The notes beneath the pieces were generated by a model that ran no database searches, was not told the DNA's origin, and was given only the letters and a program-made list of their open reading frames with translations. This document shows positions 42,823 through 52,955 of a DNA stretch of 61,915 bases, piece after piece. Every line of letters starts with the position of its first letter. Within the stretch, counting starts at the first letter, position 1. A program made the translations under genes and the position numbers. The stretch comes from Candidatus Hydrogenedentota bacterium (lineage in GTDB: Bacteria > Hydrogenedentota > Hydrogenedentia > Hydrogenedentales > SLHB01), in assembly GCA_016209895.1 (NCBI GenBank), contig JACQVH010000110.1, positions 1-61,915 of the forward strand, given 5' to 3'.

Positions 42823-43323
42823 AGGTTCCTCTCTTGTTATTTGAACCCTGCCACGCGTACGTTACAAGAAGGTCAGGACTTTCGAGAGAATAAGGGTGGA
42901 AAACCGAGACCGAGCGCAGAGCCGTCTGCTCCCACTTCGGTCCGGAAAGACGTCGCTAAATAAGCCTTCGGCGCCGTTCGCATGAAACCTTGGCAATCCA
43001 AAACTCACCTTTGTCAGAAACATCACCTATTGTCGAATCATTTCCGCTCAGTTCGATCGCGAGCCGCAGTCCTCCCTCCCCTCTGGACTCCTTCCCGCAA
43101 GTCGAAAAGGTACTTTGTCCTTCGTCTCCGGCCCTAACCGTGACTCGACCGGGATGATTGTGCTACGCTGACGACACGTAGGCATCAGGCCGAATCGGGA
43201 ATAAAGGAACAAAGACCAGATGTCTCAAGTGTAGTGGGTGAGAAGAAGCAGTTTAGTCCTCCCCTTTCTCAGAGGGGGGCGGGTTGGTCCGTATCCGGCA
43301 GTCCGAACATAGGAGGATGCCCC

Positions 43324-43893
43324 ATGAAACTAAAGCGAGTCCCACCCATACGTGAGTTCATGACAGCCTACGATGCATACACGTTCGACCCGGATATGGA
43401 CATGGTGGACGCCATTGATGTGCTGCTTAAGAAGCGCGCCTCCGGCCTGTCCGTCGTGGATAAGGAAGGCCGGCTTGTCGGCATCCTGACGGAGAAGGAC
43501 TGTCTGCGGGTGCTGAGTAATAACGCCTACGACCACTTTGACATGATCGCCGGGAAAGTCCGCGACTACATGTCGTCCGTCAAGTACACCGTGGACCCGA
43601 ATATGGATTTATTCGCGGTGGCCGAGTTGTTCCTCTCGACCAATTTTACCTACTTGCCCATCCTCGAGAACGGCAAACTCATCGGGCGGATCAGCCGGCA
43701 AGGCATGTTGCGCGGCATCCAGGCCATGCAGCGCGCCGTCGAAGAAGAGGCCCAAGCCGAACAGAAGATGCTCGACTCGGTGCAACATCCCAACTCCATC
43801 GGAGCGTTGCAGAAACTGATGTCCGTCTCGCAAACCAAGGAACAGATGGTCGCCGTTCTGAGCAAGCGACAGACTCCCTCCGGCGGCCAGTGA
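43324..43893 (+). CDS. CBS-pair domain protein
   Basis: SGLSVVDKEGRLVGILTEKDC and LPILENGKLIGRISR; AGGAGG RBS before ATG 43324. Confidence 0.88.
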   Translation: MKLKRVPPIREFMTAYDAYTFDPDMDMVDAIDVLLKKRASGLSVVDKEGRLVGILTEKDCLRVLSNNAYDHFDMIAGKVRDYMSSVKYTVDPNMDLFAVAELFLSTNFTYLPILENGKLIGRISRQGMLRGIQAMQRAVEEEAQAEQKMLDSVQHPNSIGALQKLMSVSQTKEQMVAVLSKRQTPSGGQ

Positions 43894-43952
43894 GCCCAAC
43901 CGCTCCGCCCATCGAACTAGGCGCCGCACATACGCTGCCCATTGATACCGTC

Positions 43953-44546
43953 CTACGTCTCTTCGGCGAAGCTCGTCGGCGTGACCGGCATCTCCGGAGG
44001 CGCCACGGTCGGCGACGATCCTTTAGACCCGCCCCCGAGCACCGTGATCGGACTATTGAGCAACGTCGAACTCGGTACCAGCACTCGGTTGCCGCCCATG
44101 TCCAAGGTCACATAGCGCAAATCAATCTCTAACACCGAGCCTTCGAATCCCGCGATGAAGACGCGGTCACCCACCTTAAACGGGTGTAAGAAGAGTATCA
44201 TCAGACCAGCGATTATGCTCGAGGCCAAGTCTTTCATGGCAAAACCCAGCGCGAACCCGCCGACGCCCAGCCCCGCAATCAGCGGCCAGATGTCCACGCC
44301 CGCCGTGCCCAGCGCCATCGCGGCGCCAAAGGCCAGAATCCCGACGTACGCGGCACGAACCAGCAAATGGAGGATATCCTTATGGCGGCGGTCACGGTCC
44401 GCGAGGCGTTGACCCACGCTGCGGGCGAATATCGCTCCGAGCCAGAATGCGCCGAACAAGGCCAGCGCGGCCAATGCCTTGTACCCGACGCTTATCAAGG
44501 GCGGCAGGAACATTTCCGTAAGACTGGAGATGGTAGTGTCACTCAT
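43953..44546 (-). CDS. Short MscS-family mechanosensitive channel protein
   Basis: AGLGVGGFALGFAMKD...PFKVGDRV...EGSVLEIDLRY; AGGAGG RBS. Confidence 0.85.
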   Translation of the reverse strand: MSDTTISSLTEMFLPPLISVGYKALAALALFGAFWLGAIFARSVGQRLADRDRRHKDILHLLVRAAYVGILAFGAAMALGTAGVDIWPLIAGLGVGGFALGFAMKDLASSIIAGLMILFLHPFKVGDRVFIAGFEGSVLEIDLRYVTLDMGGNRVLVPSSTLLNSPITVLGGGSKGSSPTVAPPEMPVTPTSFAEET

Positions 44547-44674
44547 GGCAATTACCCTCCTTTATTCGCAAATCCGAGGTTGATTTTCACGTTTCGGACA
44601 AAATCAAGCGAAGCCTGACCACGCCACCAAATCGAAACAGCCCGCTTAATATTTCTATGCGTACACTTTGCACT

Positions 44675-45790
44675 TTATGCGTACGGGTCGGCGGCATCAC
44701 GCAGGGCATCGCCGACAAAATTGTATGCTATCACGACGATCACCACCGGAACCGCCGGGAACAGCAGCCAGGGATGGTGCAGCAAAACCGTCACGCGTTG
44801 CGCTTCCTCCAACAGCACTCCCCAACTGGTCATCGGCGGGCGGATGCCGAGGCCGAGGAAACTAAGAGCGGTCTCGCCGAGGATCATGCCCGGAACCGCC
44901 AGCGTCGAGACCACGATAATGTGGCTGTAGCAGTTGGGGAGCAGGTGCCGCGAAATAATCCGCCAGTGCCCGGCGCCGGCGGCGCGCGCCGCCATGACGT
45001 AGTCCTGTTCACGACAGGCCAGCACTTTCCCGCGCACCTGCCGCGCCAATCCGCCCCATCCGACCAGCGACAGAATAAGCGTGATTCCGAAATACACCTG
45101 GACGCTGGACCAGCCCGGCGGCAGCGCGGCCGCCAGCGCCATCCAAAGCGGAATGCCCGGAAACGCCGCCAGGACTTCAATGACGCGTTGAATGGCGTCG
45201 TCAATCCATCCGCCCCAATAGCCGGAAATGGTCCCCAGTAATGAACCGAATATCAGGCTCAGGACTACGCCTGCGATGCCGACGGTCAGTGAAATACGGC
45301 TGCCGAAAAGTATACGAGAAAGTAGATCGCGGCCCATGCGGTCGGTGCCGAGCAGAAACATGGGGCCTTCCGAATTGACTAGACGGAAATCGCCGGAGCT
45401 ATCTTTCCCCAGGAATCGCACCGGATACGTCCGGGACAGGTCCGCCGTAAACTCGAGTTCAAAGGTTTGCGGATCACGCACCGACTTGAGGCCATATACG
45501 TAGAATCCCAATCCGCCCGAGAAATGAATCCCTTGCGGTGGGACGTGGCGATACCGTATGTCTACCCGATCATGAGGAAACGGCGCAAAGATTCCGGCAA
45601 ACACCGCCGCGCCGTAAAACGCCGCCAGCACCATTGCCGACGCGACCCCCAACTTGTTTTTCCGGAACCGCCGTCCGATCAACTGACGGTAGCTCTGTTC
45701 GACGAACCGCGGCGCCGCGGCGCCGGCGGCCTCCGACCGCGTGGCTGTCCCCTCGCTCCCCACGTGGTCTCTCGCCGGCGTTTCAATCAT
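44675..45790 (-). CDS. Opp/Dpp-type ABC transporter permease (OppC-like)
   Basis: LGTDRMGRD, EAA loop, ETALSFLGLG and GDALRDAADP. Confidence 0.92.
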   Translation of the reverse strand: MIETPARDHVGSEGTATRSEAAGAAAPRFVEQSYRQLIGRRFRKNKLGVASAMVLAAFYGAAVFAGIFAPFPHDRVDIRYRHVPPQGIHFSGGLGFYVYGLKSVRDPQTFELEFTADLSRTYPVRFLGKDSSGDFRLVNSEGPMFLLGTDRMGRDLLSRILFGSRISLTVGIAGVVLSLIFGSLLGTISGYWGGWIDDAIQRVIEVLAAFPGIPLWMALAAALPPGWSSVQVYFGITLILSLVGWGGLARQVRGKVLACREQDYVMAARAAGAGHWRIISRHLLPNCYSHIIVVSTLAVPGMILGETALSFLGLGIRPPMTSWGVLLEEAQRVTVLLHHPWLLFPAVPVVIVVIAYNFVGDALRDAADPYA

Positions 45791-46769
45791 AGCGAATCCT
45801 CGGATCCGCCCATGCCAGGGCCACGTCCGCCAACAGATTCCCGGCGATTAACATCAGGCTGTACATCATGATCAGTGTGCCGCCCAAATAGACGTCTTCA
45901 TTCAAGAGGCTTTCCAGCAGGAGGGGGCCGATGGTCGGCAGCCCCAGCACCACCGAAACGATGGCATCGCCGCTGAGGATCACTGGCAAGCTCATCCCGG
46001 CAATACTGATCAACGGGTTGATCGCGATGCGCACCGCGTGCTTCGTCACCACGACCCGCTCTTTCAACCCTTTGGCGCGCGCCGTCTGAATGAAGGGTTG
46101 ATCCAGCACGTCGAGCAGATTCCCGCGCATGATTCGCATCAGACCCGCGGCGCTGTTCAGCGCGATCACAAATGCCGGAATCCAGAGATGCTTCAGCAAA
46201 TCCAGGAGCTTCCCCAGTGTCCACGGCGCGCCCTCATACGCCAGTGAAAAGAGCCCGAACAATGGAACGCCGAAAACTTCGAATACGAACACCATCAAGG
46301 CCAACGCCATCAGGAACGCAGGGAGCGACATGCCGAGGAAGCTGAGGAGCGTCAATAGATGATCGGACCAACGGTGCTGGTTCATGGCCGAGTATATGCC
46401 CAGCGGAATCGCGATGAGGTAAGTCAACGCCAAACACGAAACGGCGAGCAGCACCGTAAGACCAGCGCGGTCCCAGACGAGAGTGCGGACCTCCTCGTCG
46501 TACGCGAACGATTCGCCGAAATCGCCCCGAATGAAACCGCTGATCCACAACACGTAGCGGCGCCACAGCGGCTGGTCCAGTCCATACCGCTCGCGCAGTT
46601 CGGCGGCCCGCGTCAATGAACTGCTGTCGCCGTATTGTCGCTCTAACTGCGCAATCTTCTGATCGAGGTAGTCGCCCGGCGGTAACTGAATCAGGACGAA
46701 ACTGATGATCGAAACGGCCGCCAGCGTGGGGATAGCCATCAGGACTCGCCGCAAGACGTAGGCCGTCAC
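45783..46769 (-). CDS. Opp/Dpp-type ABC transporter permease (OppB-like)
   Basis: LPPGD, GDFGESF, QTARAKGL and DPRIRY; GTGA overlap with the upstream gene. Confidence 0.92.
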   Translation of the reverse strand: MTAYVLRRVLMAIPTLAAVSIISFVLIQLPPGDYLDQKIAQLERQYGDSSSLTRAAELRERYGLDQPLWRRYVLWISGFIRGDFGESFAYDEEVRTLVWDRAGLTVLLAVSCLALTYLIAIPLGIYSAMNQHRWSDHLLTLLSFLGMSLPAFLMALALMVFVFEVFGVPLFGLFSLAYEGAPWTLGKLLDLLKHLWIPAFVIALNSAAGLMRIMRGNLLDVLDQPFIQTARAKGLKERVVVTKHAVRIAINPLISIAGMSLPVILSGDAIVSVVLGLPTIGPLLLESLLNEDVYLGGTLIMMYSLMLIAGNLLADVALAWADPRIRYD

Positions 46770-48691
46770 GGTGACTCCTCCGAAATGTAATACTGCTCCG
46801 GGTAGCTCGTCGCCGGTTGCGCCATCGCCCACGGGCCCAGAATGCCTTCCCGTGGCACGTTGTGAAAGTCATCCGCCACCAGGACGAGTTCCGGGCGACG
46901 GCCCGTCGTGCCGAGCATGAACGGCCCGGCTTCAATATGGATTCGAACCGCTTCGCGAACGTACTGGTGCCGTCTCTGCAAATCTTTCTCGCTCTTGATC
47001 CGGTCGTAGAGCGCCACGAGTTTTCTTAACGGCCCCGTCGGAGGCTCGCCCCGCGACCCCCCGGACTCATACCACCGCCCTTCGAGCGGATGCCAGTACC
47101 GGGGCGTCGTCGGAAATACCCAGTCCGGATAGGTAAACAGGTCCATCTCTGCGGCGCCGAACGTGCTGATGGTGTAGTCACCCAGAGTGCGCCGCAGTTC
47201 CAATTCGGTGGCACTCGGCGTGTGCAGGACGGTATCAATGCCTAACGCGCGCCAGTTCTCCGCCACGATCACGCCGACGTCATTCTCTTGCGCGTTCAGA
47301 CCGGAACTCGGAACATCCATCAACAGCGTCAACCGTCGGCCGTCGGGGCGCAGCCGATACCCGGCGGGGTCCCGTTGCCTAAGCCCCATCGCATCGAGTA
47401 AAGCGTTGGCCTCGACCGGATCGTATTCGGCGTCAGCGCGTTTCCATTGGTCGAACAAGGCCTGTCCCTCGGCGTCCTGGAAGTGCCAGCTTTCCTGGCT
47501 GATCGTTGCGGCTTGCGGCTGCAGCAGCCCTTTCCAGGCGATCGCATTACATTTTTCCCGATCAACGGCTAGCGCCAGCGCCTTGCGAAAGCGTTGGTCG
47601 CGTATCAGGTCGCGCAGGACAAGGTCCGGCGGCGACCAGTTCACCAGGACCGCAGGGTCCGCGCCGCTGGCCGTCTTCCACTGGAAAATGCGATAGCCGC
47701 CACGTTCCGCGCCGCGCACATAAAGCGCGAGATCCCGCAGTTCCAGATTGCGAAACATGCAATCCACCTGGCCCGCCAGCAACCGTAGCGCCCGCACCTG
47801 CGGGTCCGGCACCAGCGCACTTTGGACTTCATCTATATACGGAAGCTGCCGGCCCAACTCATCCACGACGTAGTAATAAGGATTACGACTGAAAACGAGG
47901 CGATGGCCGCCCTTTTCGCGCGCGGCTAGTACCCAGGGCCACAAACTTGGTCGTTCCGGATTCTGATGCGTCAAGTCTTTTTTCTCGAACGTAATGAAGT
48001 CTTGATACGCGGGGTTGAAGTCGGGATCGAACTGTTGCATGTAGTGCGTCGGTATGTTGTATTCATCGCACCACCAATACCCGGTCGCCAGCCACAACGG
48101 CGCCAGCCAGTTCGGCCCGCTAAATTTCATCACGATGGTGTAATCGTCCGGGGTCTCGACCGTCATTTCCCGACCCTGTACCCGGCACCATACCGGCGGA
48201 GAATAACGGTGTCGCTTGTCCCGACAAAGGCGGTACCAATACGCGAACGACTCAGACGTATAAGGGTGGCCGTCAGACCAGCGCAGACCTTTGCGTAGAT
48301 GCAACGTGAGCTCTGTGCCGTCTTCGTTAAACTCCCAGGACTCGGCCAACCCGGGTTCGAGACCGGCGCAATCGAACCGCCAACGAATCAGCGGCGCATA
48401 GCCCGCCACCATTTTCCAGGTCGAGAAATCCGCAGTAGTGTGAAACGAATGCCACGTGCCGCCGTAGACCCCCGGACCCTCATAGCCGACGTAGTCATGC
48501 TTCGCGACCAGCGGATGTTCCGGGAGACGTTGGTCAAGAGGCGGCAGGTTTCCGTCCTCCACTTGGCGGGCCAACATCGGCGCTTCTTTGAACTCACTTC
48601 CCGCCGAATACGTGCGACCGTCGCCTACAATCTTTTGCGTCGCCGAGCAACCCGCGACAAGGAGCGCCAAAATATGGCCCATAACGCGCAC
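46766..48691 (-). CDS. ABC transporter substrate-binding lipoprotein, family 5
   Basis: Lipobox LVAGC, LPPLDQRLP, LRKGLRWSDG and RNPYY..VD..GRQLPYID. Confidence 0.9.
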   Translation of the reverse strand: MRVMGHILALLVAGCSATQKIVGDGRTYSAGSEFKEAPMLARQVEDGNLPPLDQRLPEHPLVAKHDYVGYEGPGVYGGTWHSFHTTADFSTWKMVAGYAPLIRWRFDCAGLEPGLAESWEFNEDGTELTLHLRKGLRWSDGHPYTSESFAYWYRLCRDKRHRYSPPVWCRVQGREMTVETPDDYTIVMKFSGPNWLAPLWLATGYWWCDEYNIPTHYMQQFDPDFNPAYQDFITFEKKDLTHQNPERPSLWPWVLAAREKGGHRLVFSRNPYYYVVDELGRQLPYIDEVQSALVPDPQVRALRLLAGQVDCMFRNLELRDLALYVRGAERGGYRIFQWKTASGADPAVLVNWSPPDLVLRDLIRDQRFRKALALAVDREKCNAIAWKGLLQPQAATISQESWHFQDAEGQALFDQWKRADAEYDPVEANALLDAMGLRQRDPAGYRLRPDGRRLTLLMDVPSSGLNAQENDVGVIVAENWRALGIDTVLHTPSATELELRRTLGDYTISTFGAAEMDLFTYPDWVFPTTPRYWHPLEGRWYESGGSRGEPPTGPLRKLVALYDRIKSEKDLQRRHQYVREAVRIHIEAGPFMLGTTGRRPELVLVADDFHNVPREGILGPWAMAQPATSYPEQYYISEESP

Positions 48692-48692
48692 G

Positions 48693-49751
48693 TCAGACCC
48701 CTTTCAAATTCAACTTCTCGCTAAGATGACACGACGCCAAGCTCTTTTCGGCAATGGGTCGAAGTTCGGGAACGCATTCCCGGCAAAGCGGTTCGGCGTA
48801 GCGACAGCGCGGATGAAACGGGCAGCCCGGCGGTGGCGACGACGCATCCGGCACCTCACCCTCCAGTCGCACTCGCGTCCGCTCACGTTGTGCAACCGGG
48901 TCCGGAATTGGTACTGCCGAAAGTAAGGCCTCCGTGTACGGGTGTTGTGGCGCGCGATAAAGTGTGTCCGTGTCGCCGATCTCGACGATCCGTCCCAGGT
49001 ACATCACCGCCACGCGGTCACAGATGTGCTCCACTACGCTCAGGTCGTGCGCAATGAAAATGCACGAAAAGCCAATACGCTCCCGGAGTTCCGCCAACAA
49101 ATTCAGAATCTGCGCCTGAACCGAAACGTCCAACGCCGAAACCGGTTCGTCGGCTATGACCAGTTCCGGCCGCAACGCCAAGGCGCGCGCGATACCAATT
49201 CGCTGTCGCTGGCCCCCGCTGAACGCGTGCGGATAGCGCCGCAAGTCGTCTCCGTTTAGGCCGACCAATTCCAGGAGTGTCGCGACCCGCTCGTTCAGTT
49301 CCGTGCCCTTGGCAACTCGGTTCACGATGAGTGGTTCGCCGACAATCTCACCCACGGTCATACGCGGATTCAGCGAAGAGTGTGGATCTTGAAAAATCAT
49401 CTGGAGGCGCGGCCGGATGTCTCGCAACTTTCGGGCGGAAAGGCCGCACAGGTCTACCCCGGCCATCGCGTTGTACAAGAGAATTCTACCAGCGGTGGGC
49501 TGGAGCAAACGCATCAAGCAACGACCGACCGTGGTCTTGCCGCTCCCGCTTTCACCGACCAGACCGAGCATCTCTCCGCGGCGAACTTCAAAGCTGACGC
49601 CATCCACGGCGCGTGTTTCACCCACTACTTTGCGCAACAGGCCTCGGCGAATGGGAAAATACTTCCGCAGTCCGCTCACCGCCAAAAGGAGGTTTCGGTC
49701 ACTTGCGCCCGCGTGCTCCGGGGACGTTCTAGCGTCCGTGCTGATGATCAT
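48693..49751 (-). CDS. ABC transporter ATP-binding protein (OppF-like)
   Basis: [30 protein letters not shown] and GCPFHPRC. Confidence 0.93.
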   Translation of the reverse strand: MIISTDARTSPEHAGASDRNLLLAVSGLRKYFPIRRGLLRKVVGETRAVDGVSFEVRRGEMLGLVGESGSGKTTVGRCLMRLLQPTAGRILLYNAMAGVDLCGLSARKLRDIRPRLQMIFQDPHSSLNPRMTVGEIVGEPLIVNRVAKGTELNERVATLLELVGLNGDDLRRYPHAFSGGQRQRIGIARALALRPELVIADEPVSALDVSVQAQILNLLAELRERIGFSCIFIAHDLSVVEHICDRVAVMYLGRIVEIGDTDTLYRAPQHPYTEALLSAVPIPDPVAQRERTRVRLEGEVPDASSPPPGCPFHPRCRYAEPLCRECVPELRPIAEKSLASCHLSEKLNLKGV

Positions 49752-50754
49752 ACAGCCAACAACGCACCTTGTGGTCCGCGTTCGGCGAAGCGTCCGCCGC
49801 GCCGCTTGCGCCCTCTAATTCGGGCATTTCCACGCACACCGGCATCCGCCGAGAGCACCGTGGACGGAACGCGCATCCTTGTGGCAGCCTTTGCAATCGG
49901 GGTACCGTTCCGGGAATGGCGACGAGACGCGCCTTCGAGCGACGACCCAGCACCGGGACGGACGCGAGCAATCCCTGAGTATACGGATGCAACGGCTTAT
50001 AGAAGATGGCCTCCGGCTCTCCTTGTTCGACAACTCGGCCCGCATACATCACCACCACTTCGTCCGCCATTTCGGCGATTACACCCATGTCATGCGTAAT
50101 CAGGAGGATAGCCATCCCAAACTCCTGCTGCAGACTCTTCATCAACTCCAGCACCTGGGCTTGGATGGTCACATCGAGCGCTGTCGTTGGCTCGTCCGCA
50201 AGAAGAAGCGCGGGACGACAGCACAGCGCCATCGCAATCATCGCGCGCTGCCGCATCCCGCCCGAAAGCTGATGTGGGTACTCTTTCGCCCGCTGTCTCG
50301 GATTGGGAATGCCGACCCGGGCCAGCATCTCGACGGCGCGGGCGCGAGCCTCTTTCCGATCGGCCGCTTGATGCAGCGCGACCGACTCTGCGATCTGATT
50401 GCCGATGGTGTACACCGGATTTAGCGACGTCATCGGTTCCTGGAATATCATGGCAATCTCGTTGCCTCGAATCTCGCGGATCGCGTCTCCGTGCGGACAC
50501 AATCGAACCAAGTCTATGGGCGCGTTTCCTCCCTTGGGACGATACCAAATGCTGCCCGCGGCAATCCGACCCGGCGCCGGCACCAACCGCAGGATCGAGA
50601 GCGCCGTCAGACTCTTGCCGCAGCCGCTCTCTCCCACCAGTCCCAGCGTCTTACCGGGTGTGATCGAAAAAGTTACGTCATTGACGGCGCATACCGTCCC
50701 GTCATCGGTCGGGAAAACCGTCGTCAACCCGCGGATTTCGAGTAAAGGTTCCAT
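49729..50754 (-). CDS. ABC transporter ATP-binding protein (OppD-like)
   Basis: [25 protein letters not shown] and HPYTQGLL. Confidence 0.93.
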   Translation of the reverse strand: MEPLLEIRGLTTVFPTDDGTVCAVNDVTFSITPGKTLGLVGESGCGKSLTALSILRLVPAPGRIAAGSIWYRPKGGNAPIDLVRLCPHGDAIREIRGNEIAMIFQEPMTSLNPVYTIGNQIAESVALHQAADRKEARARAVEMLARVGIPNPRQRAKEYPHQLSGGMRQRAMIAMALCCRPALLLADEPTTALDVTIQAQVLELMKSLQQEFGMAILLITHDMGVIAEMADEVVVMYAGRVVEQGEPEAIFYKPLHPYTQGLLASVPVLGRRSKARLVAIPGTVPRLQRLPQGCAFRPRCSRRMPVCVEMPELEGASGAADASPNADHKVRCWLYDHQHGR

Positions 50755-50918
50755 AGAATCGGCCTACTTATCAGAACAAACGCCAAACGGCTTTTCTTTT
50801 CCTCGCCGCCGACTTTAAGGTACTAGTCCTCAGAACAGAGCAATCCTGACTTCTTTGCGTCCTTTCCATCGTTGCTCTGCCGGCGGCCCTTGCTCTCATC
50901 TGCATGCACCCGGTCAGC

Positions 50919-50954
50919 GTCGTTTTGGTCCCTTTGGTCCTTTTCGTCACTCAC
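50919..50954. repeat. Four 9-nt GTCCNTTTN-type tandem units
   Basis: GTCGTTTTG GTCCCTTTG GTCCTTTTC GTCACTCAC. Confidence 0.55.
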
Positions 50955-51187
50955 CCTCCTTCGGCCGGGGGGACAGGGTGTCAACAGCATGAGTACGGGA
51001 GCGTTTAGATGCGATTTCGCGGGATATTCAAGCTTATACGTTAAGCCGCGGCAGGTTTTCAGAGCGTGAGCGGGATGCAGATTCCTTGTTTAAAAGAGAT
51101 TTCCACCCGGTTTCCGATACTGCGTACCGGCACGAAGTGAAGGCACACAACGCGGGCGCCGGTCCGGACGTATGCTGTCAACGAACC

Positions 51188-52057
51188 TTAGTCCGTCAAT
51201 TCACGAATCCAGATGTTCCGAAACACCACCGGGTTGCCATGGTCCTGGAGCATGATGGGGCCCTTGTCCGGGTGGGGCTCATAGTCGGAGACCGCGTGCG
51301 ATCCCAGCCAATCCGTACCGCCGGATAACTCCACGTGGTCGTGCGCCAGCACCCCGTTGTGAAGCACCGTGAAGGTCGCGCGTTTGACGACTTTTCCATT
51401 CTCGAACCGCGGCCGATGAAATATGATGTCGAAGGTCTGCCACTCACCCGGCTCGCGACTGGCGTTGACCAAGGGCTTGTGCCGGCCATACAGCGCCGCG
51501 GCCTGGCCGTCCGGGTAAGTCGTGTTGTTGTACGAGTCGAGCACTTGAACCTCGTATTGCCCCATGAGAAACACGCCGCTGTTACCTCGTCCCTGACCCC
51601 CGCCCCGGACTTCCTTCGGAGGGGCCCATTCCACGTGCAGTTGACACGACCCGAATTCCTGCTTGGACCGAATCATGCCCGATCGCTTCGTTGGCATCAT
51701 TGCGCCGTCTTCGACCACCCACTTCGTCGCCTCACCGGCCTGATTCGAAGTCCAGTTCGAGAGGTCCTTGCCATCGAAAAGCACGATGGCATCCGAAGGC
51801 GCCTGTCCGGCCTTCTTCGGGGTGCTGTCCTTACCCGGCGTGACTACCGGCGGTGGCGGTTGTTTCGCGGGGTCGGTCTCGTGCACCATCACCCCGTCAA
51901 TGGTCATATACACCACCACTTCGTCTTCCCCTTTCGCGTTCTTGTGAGTCTCCGTCCACTTCTTGATCACCGGCGTATCAAAATCCGCGAACGCGTACAA
52001 AGCCGACACAAGAACGAACGTGGCAACGATGGCTGCGAGAAAGTGCTTTTGCCTCAT
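51188..52057 (-). CDS. Secreted DUF1080 (3-keto-disaccharide hydrolase-like) protein
   Basis: Signal peptide; LFDGKDL, LHVEW, GNSGVF..YEVQVLD and LQDHGNPV.FRNIWIR. Confidence 0.9.
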   Translation of the reverse strand: MRQKHFLAAIVATFVLVSALYAFADFDTPVIKKWTETHKNAKGEDEVVVYMTIDGVMVHETDPAKQPPPPVVTPGKDSTPKKAGQAPSDAIVLFDGKDLSNWTSNQAGEATKWVVEDGAMMPTKRSGMIRSKQEFGSCQLHVEWAPPKEVRGGGQGRGNSGVFLMGQYEVQVLDSYNNTTYPDGQAAALYGRHKPLVNASREPGEWQTFDIIFHRPRFENGKVVKRATFTVLHNGVLAHDHVELSGGTDWLGSHAVSDYEPHPDKGPIMLQDHGNPVVFRNIWIRELTD

Positions 52058-52078
52058 AGTCGTTTCTCCTGTGAATGA

Positions 52079-52318
52079 TTAGACGAAGCGCCCGCGTCCG
52101 GCTCCGGCATCCCCTATCCCCCGCCGAAGGCTGCGATTCAATTTCGAGTTAGCTCGCATTTCGTCCATTTCGAACTCGCCGATGAACTGCTCTATTTCGA
52201 CGTGCCGCAGGACCGCGGTCGCGATGAAATCAGACAACGTACGATTCTCTCGCTGGGCGAGGGTTCGCAACCGTTGATACGTCTCGTCGGGAAACCGTAG
52301 GGTCACGGTGCGAGACAT
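52079..52318 (-). CDS. CopG/ribbon-helix-helix antitoxin-like protein
   Basis: MSRTVTLRFPDETYQRLRTLAQRENRTLSDFI; GGAGA RBS; 79 aa. Confidence 0.8.
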   Translation of the reverse strand: MSRTVTLRFPDETYQRLRTLAQRENRTLSDFIATAVLRHVEIEQFIGEFEMDEMRANSKLNRSLRRGIGDAGAGRGRFV

Positions 52319-52357
52319 CTGTTTCTCTCCAGTGGCTTCACGCGAATTCGCGCGGAT

Positions 52358-52386
52358 AGGATACAGAGCAATACCAGACACGTCAA
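52358..52386 (-). promoter_or_regulatory. Putative sigma70 promoter for the RHH gene
   Basis: TTGACG-17 nt-TATCCT on the minus strand. Confidence 0.55.
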
Positions 52387-52398
52387 TCTACAGAAGAA

Positions 52399-52427
52399 TT
52401 GAAGCTTCTCGGCACGCGTGGCACAAT
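52399..52427 (+). promoter_or_regulatory. Putative sigma70 promoter giving a leaderless transcript
   Basis: TTGAAG-17 nt-CACAAT with extended TG; ATG 52433 follows after 5 nt with no RBS. Confidence 0.5.
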
Positions 52428-52432
52428 GTAGT

Positions 52433-52669
52433 ATGTCTGAGTTCAGCGTCATCGGCGAGATTGCGAACGTCGAGCTCATTGCTCGGGGCACGGGTGTCCG
52501 AGACCGTGCGCGGCTCAATCGGCTGTACGGGCGTGCCCGCTGGCGCAAGCTTAAGGGCCGAGCACTAGTTCGTCTGAGCAATGGCCACATTCGACGGGCT
52601 GAGTTACATTGGTACGAGGCGCATGGAATTGGCCGGCGTGAAATGAAACGAAAACGATACCTCGACTAA
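52433..52669 (+). CDS. Small basic hypothetical protein (candidate toxin)
   Basis: 78 aa, Arg/Lys-rich, WRKLKG...AELHWYEAHGIG; 2 nt from the next gene. Confidence 0.75.
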   Translation: MSEFSVIGEIANVELIARGTGVRDRARLNRLYGRARWRKLKGRALVRLSNGHIRRAELHWYEAHGIGRREMKRKRYLD

Positions 52670-52671
52670 CT

Positions 52672-52908
52672 ATGAGAACATCAAGAAAAGCCCTACGATT
52701 CGTTGTCTGCGTTGACAACACAGACTACCCCGCGTCGCTCGAATTACACAAAATCTACCGCGTGCTTCCCGACGAAGATGCGGAGGCTGAAGGGGACATC
52801 AGAGTCGTGGACGAGAGCGGCGAAGACTATCTTTACTCACAAGACCGTTTCGTTCCAATCAACGTCCCGGCCGTGGTCAGGGAATCGCTCGTCCATACCG
52901 AGCGGTAA
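52672..52908 (+). CDS. Small hypothetical protein with acidic core (candidate antitoxin)
   Basis: 78 aa, FVVCVDNTDYPASLELHKIY...IRVVDESGEDYLY. Confidence 0.75.
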   Translation: MRTSRKALRFVVCVDNTDYPASLELHKIYRVLPDEDAEAEGDIRVVDESGEDYLYSQDRFVPINVPAVVRESLVHTER

Positions 52909-52955
52909 TCAGCGCGGCCGGTTCTGTCACAATGGAACTGCGTGCGGCGGTGGAA

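Noticed and set aside
52079-52908. Prophage or integrative element around the TA-like genes
   Set aside because: No integrase, att-like repeats, tRNA or phage genes were detected.
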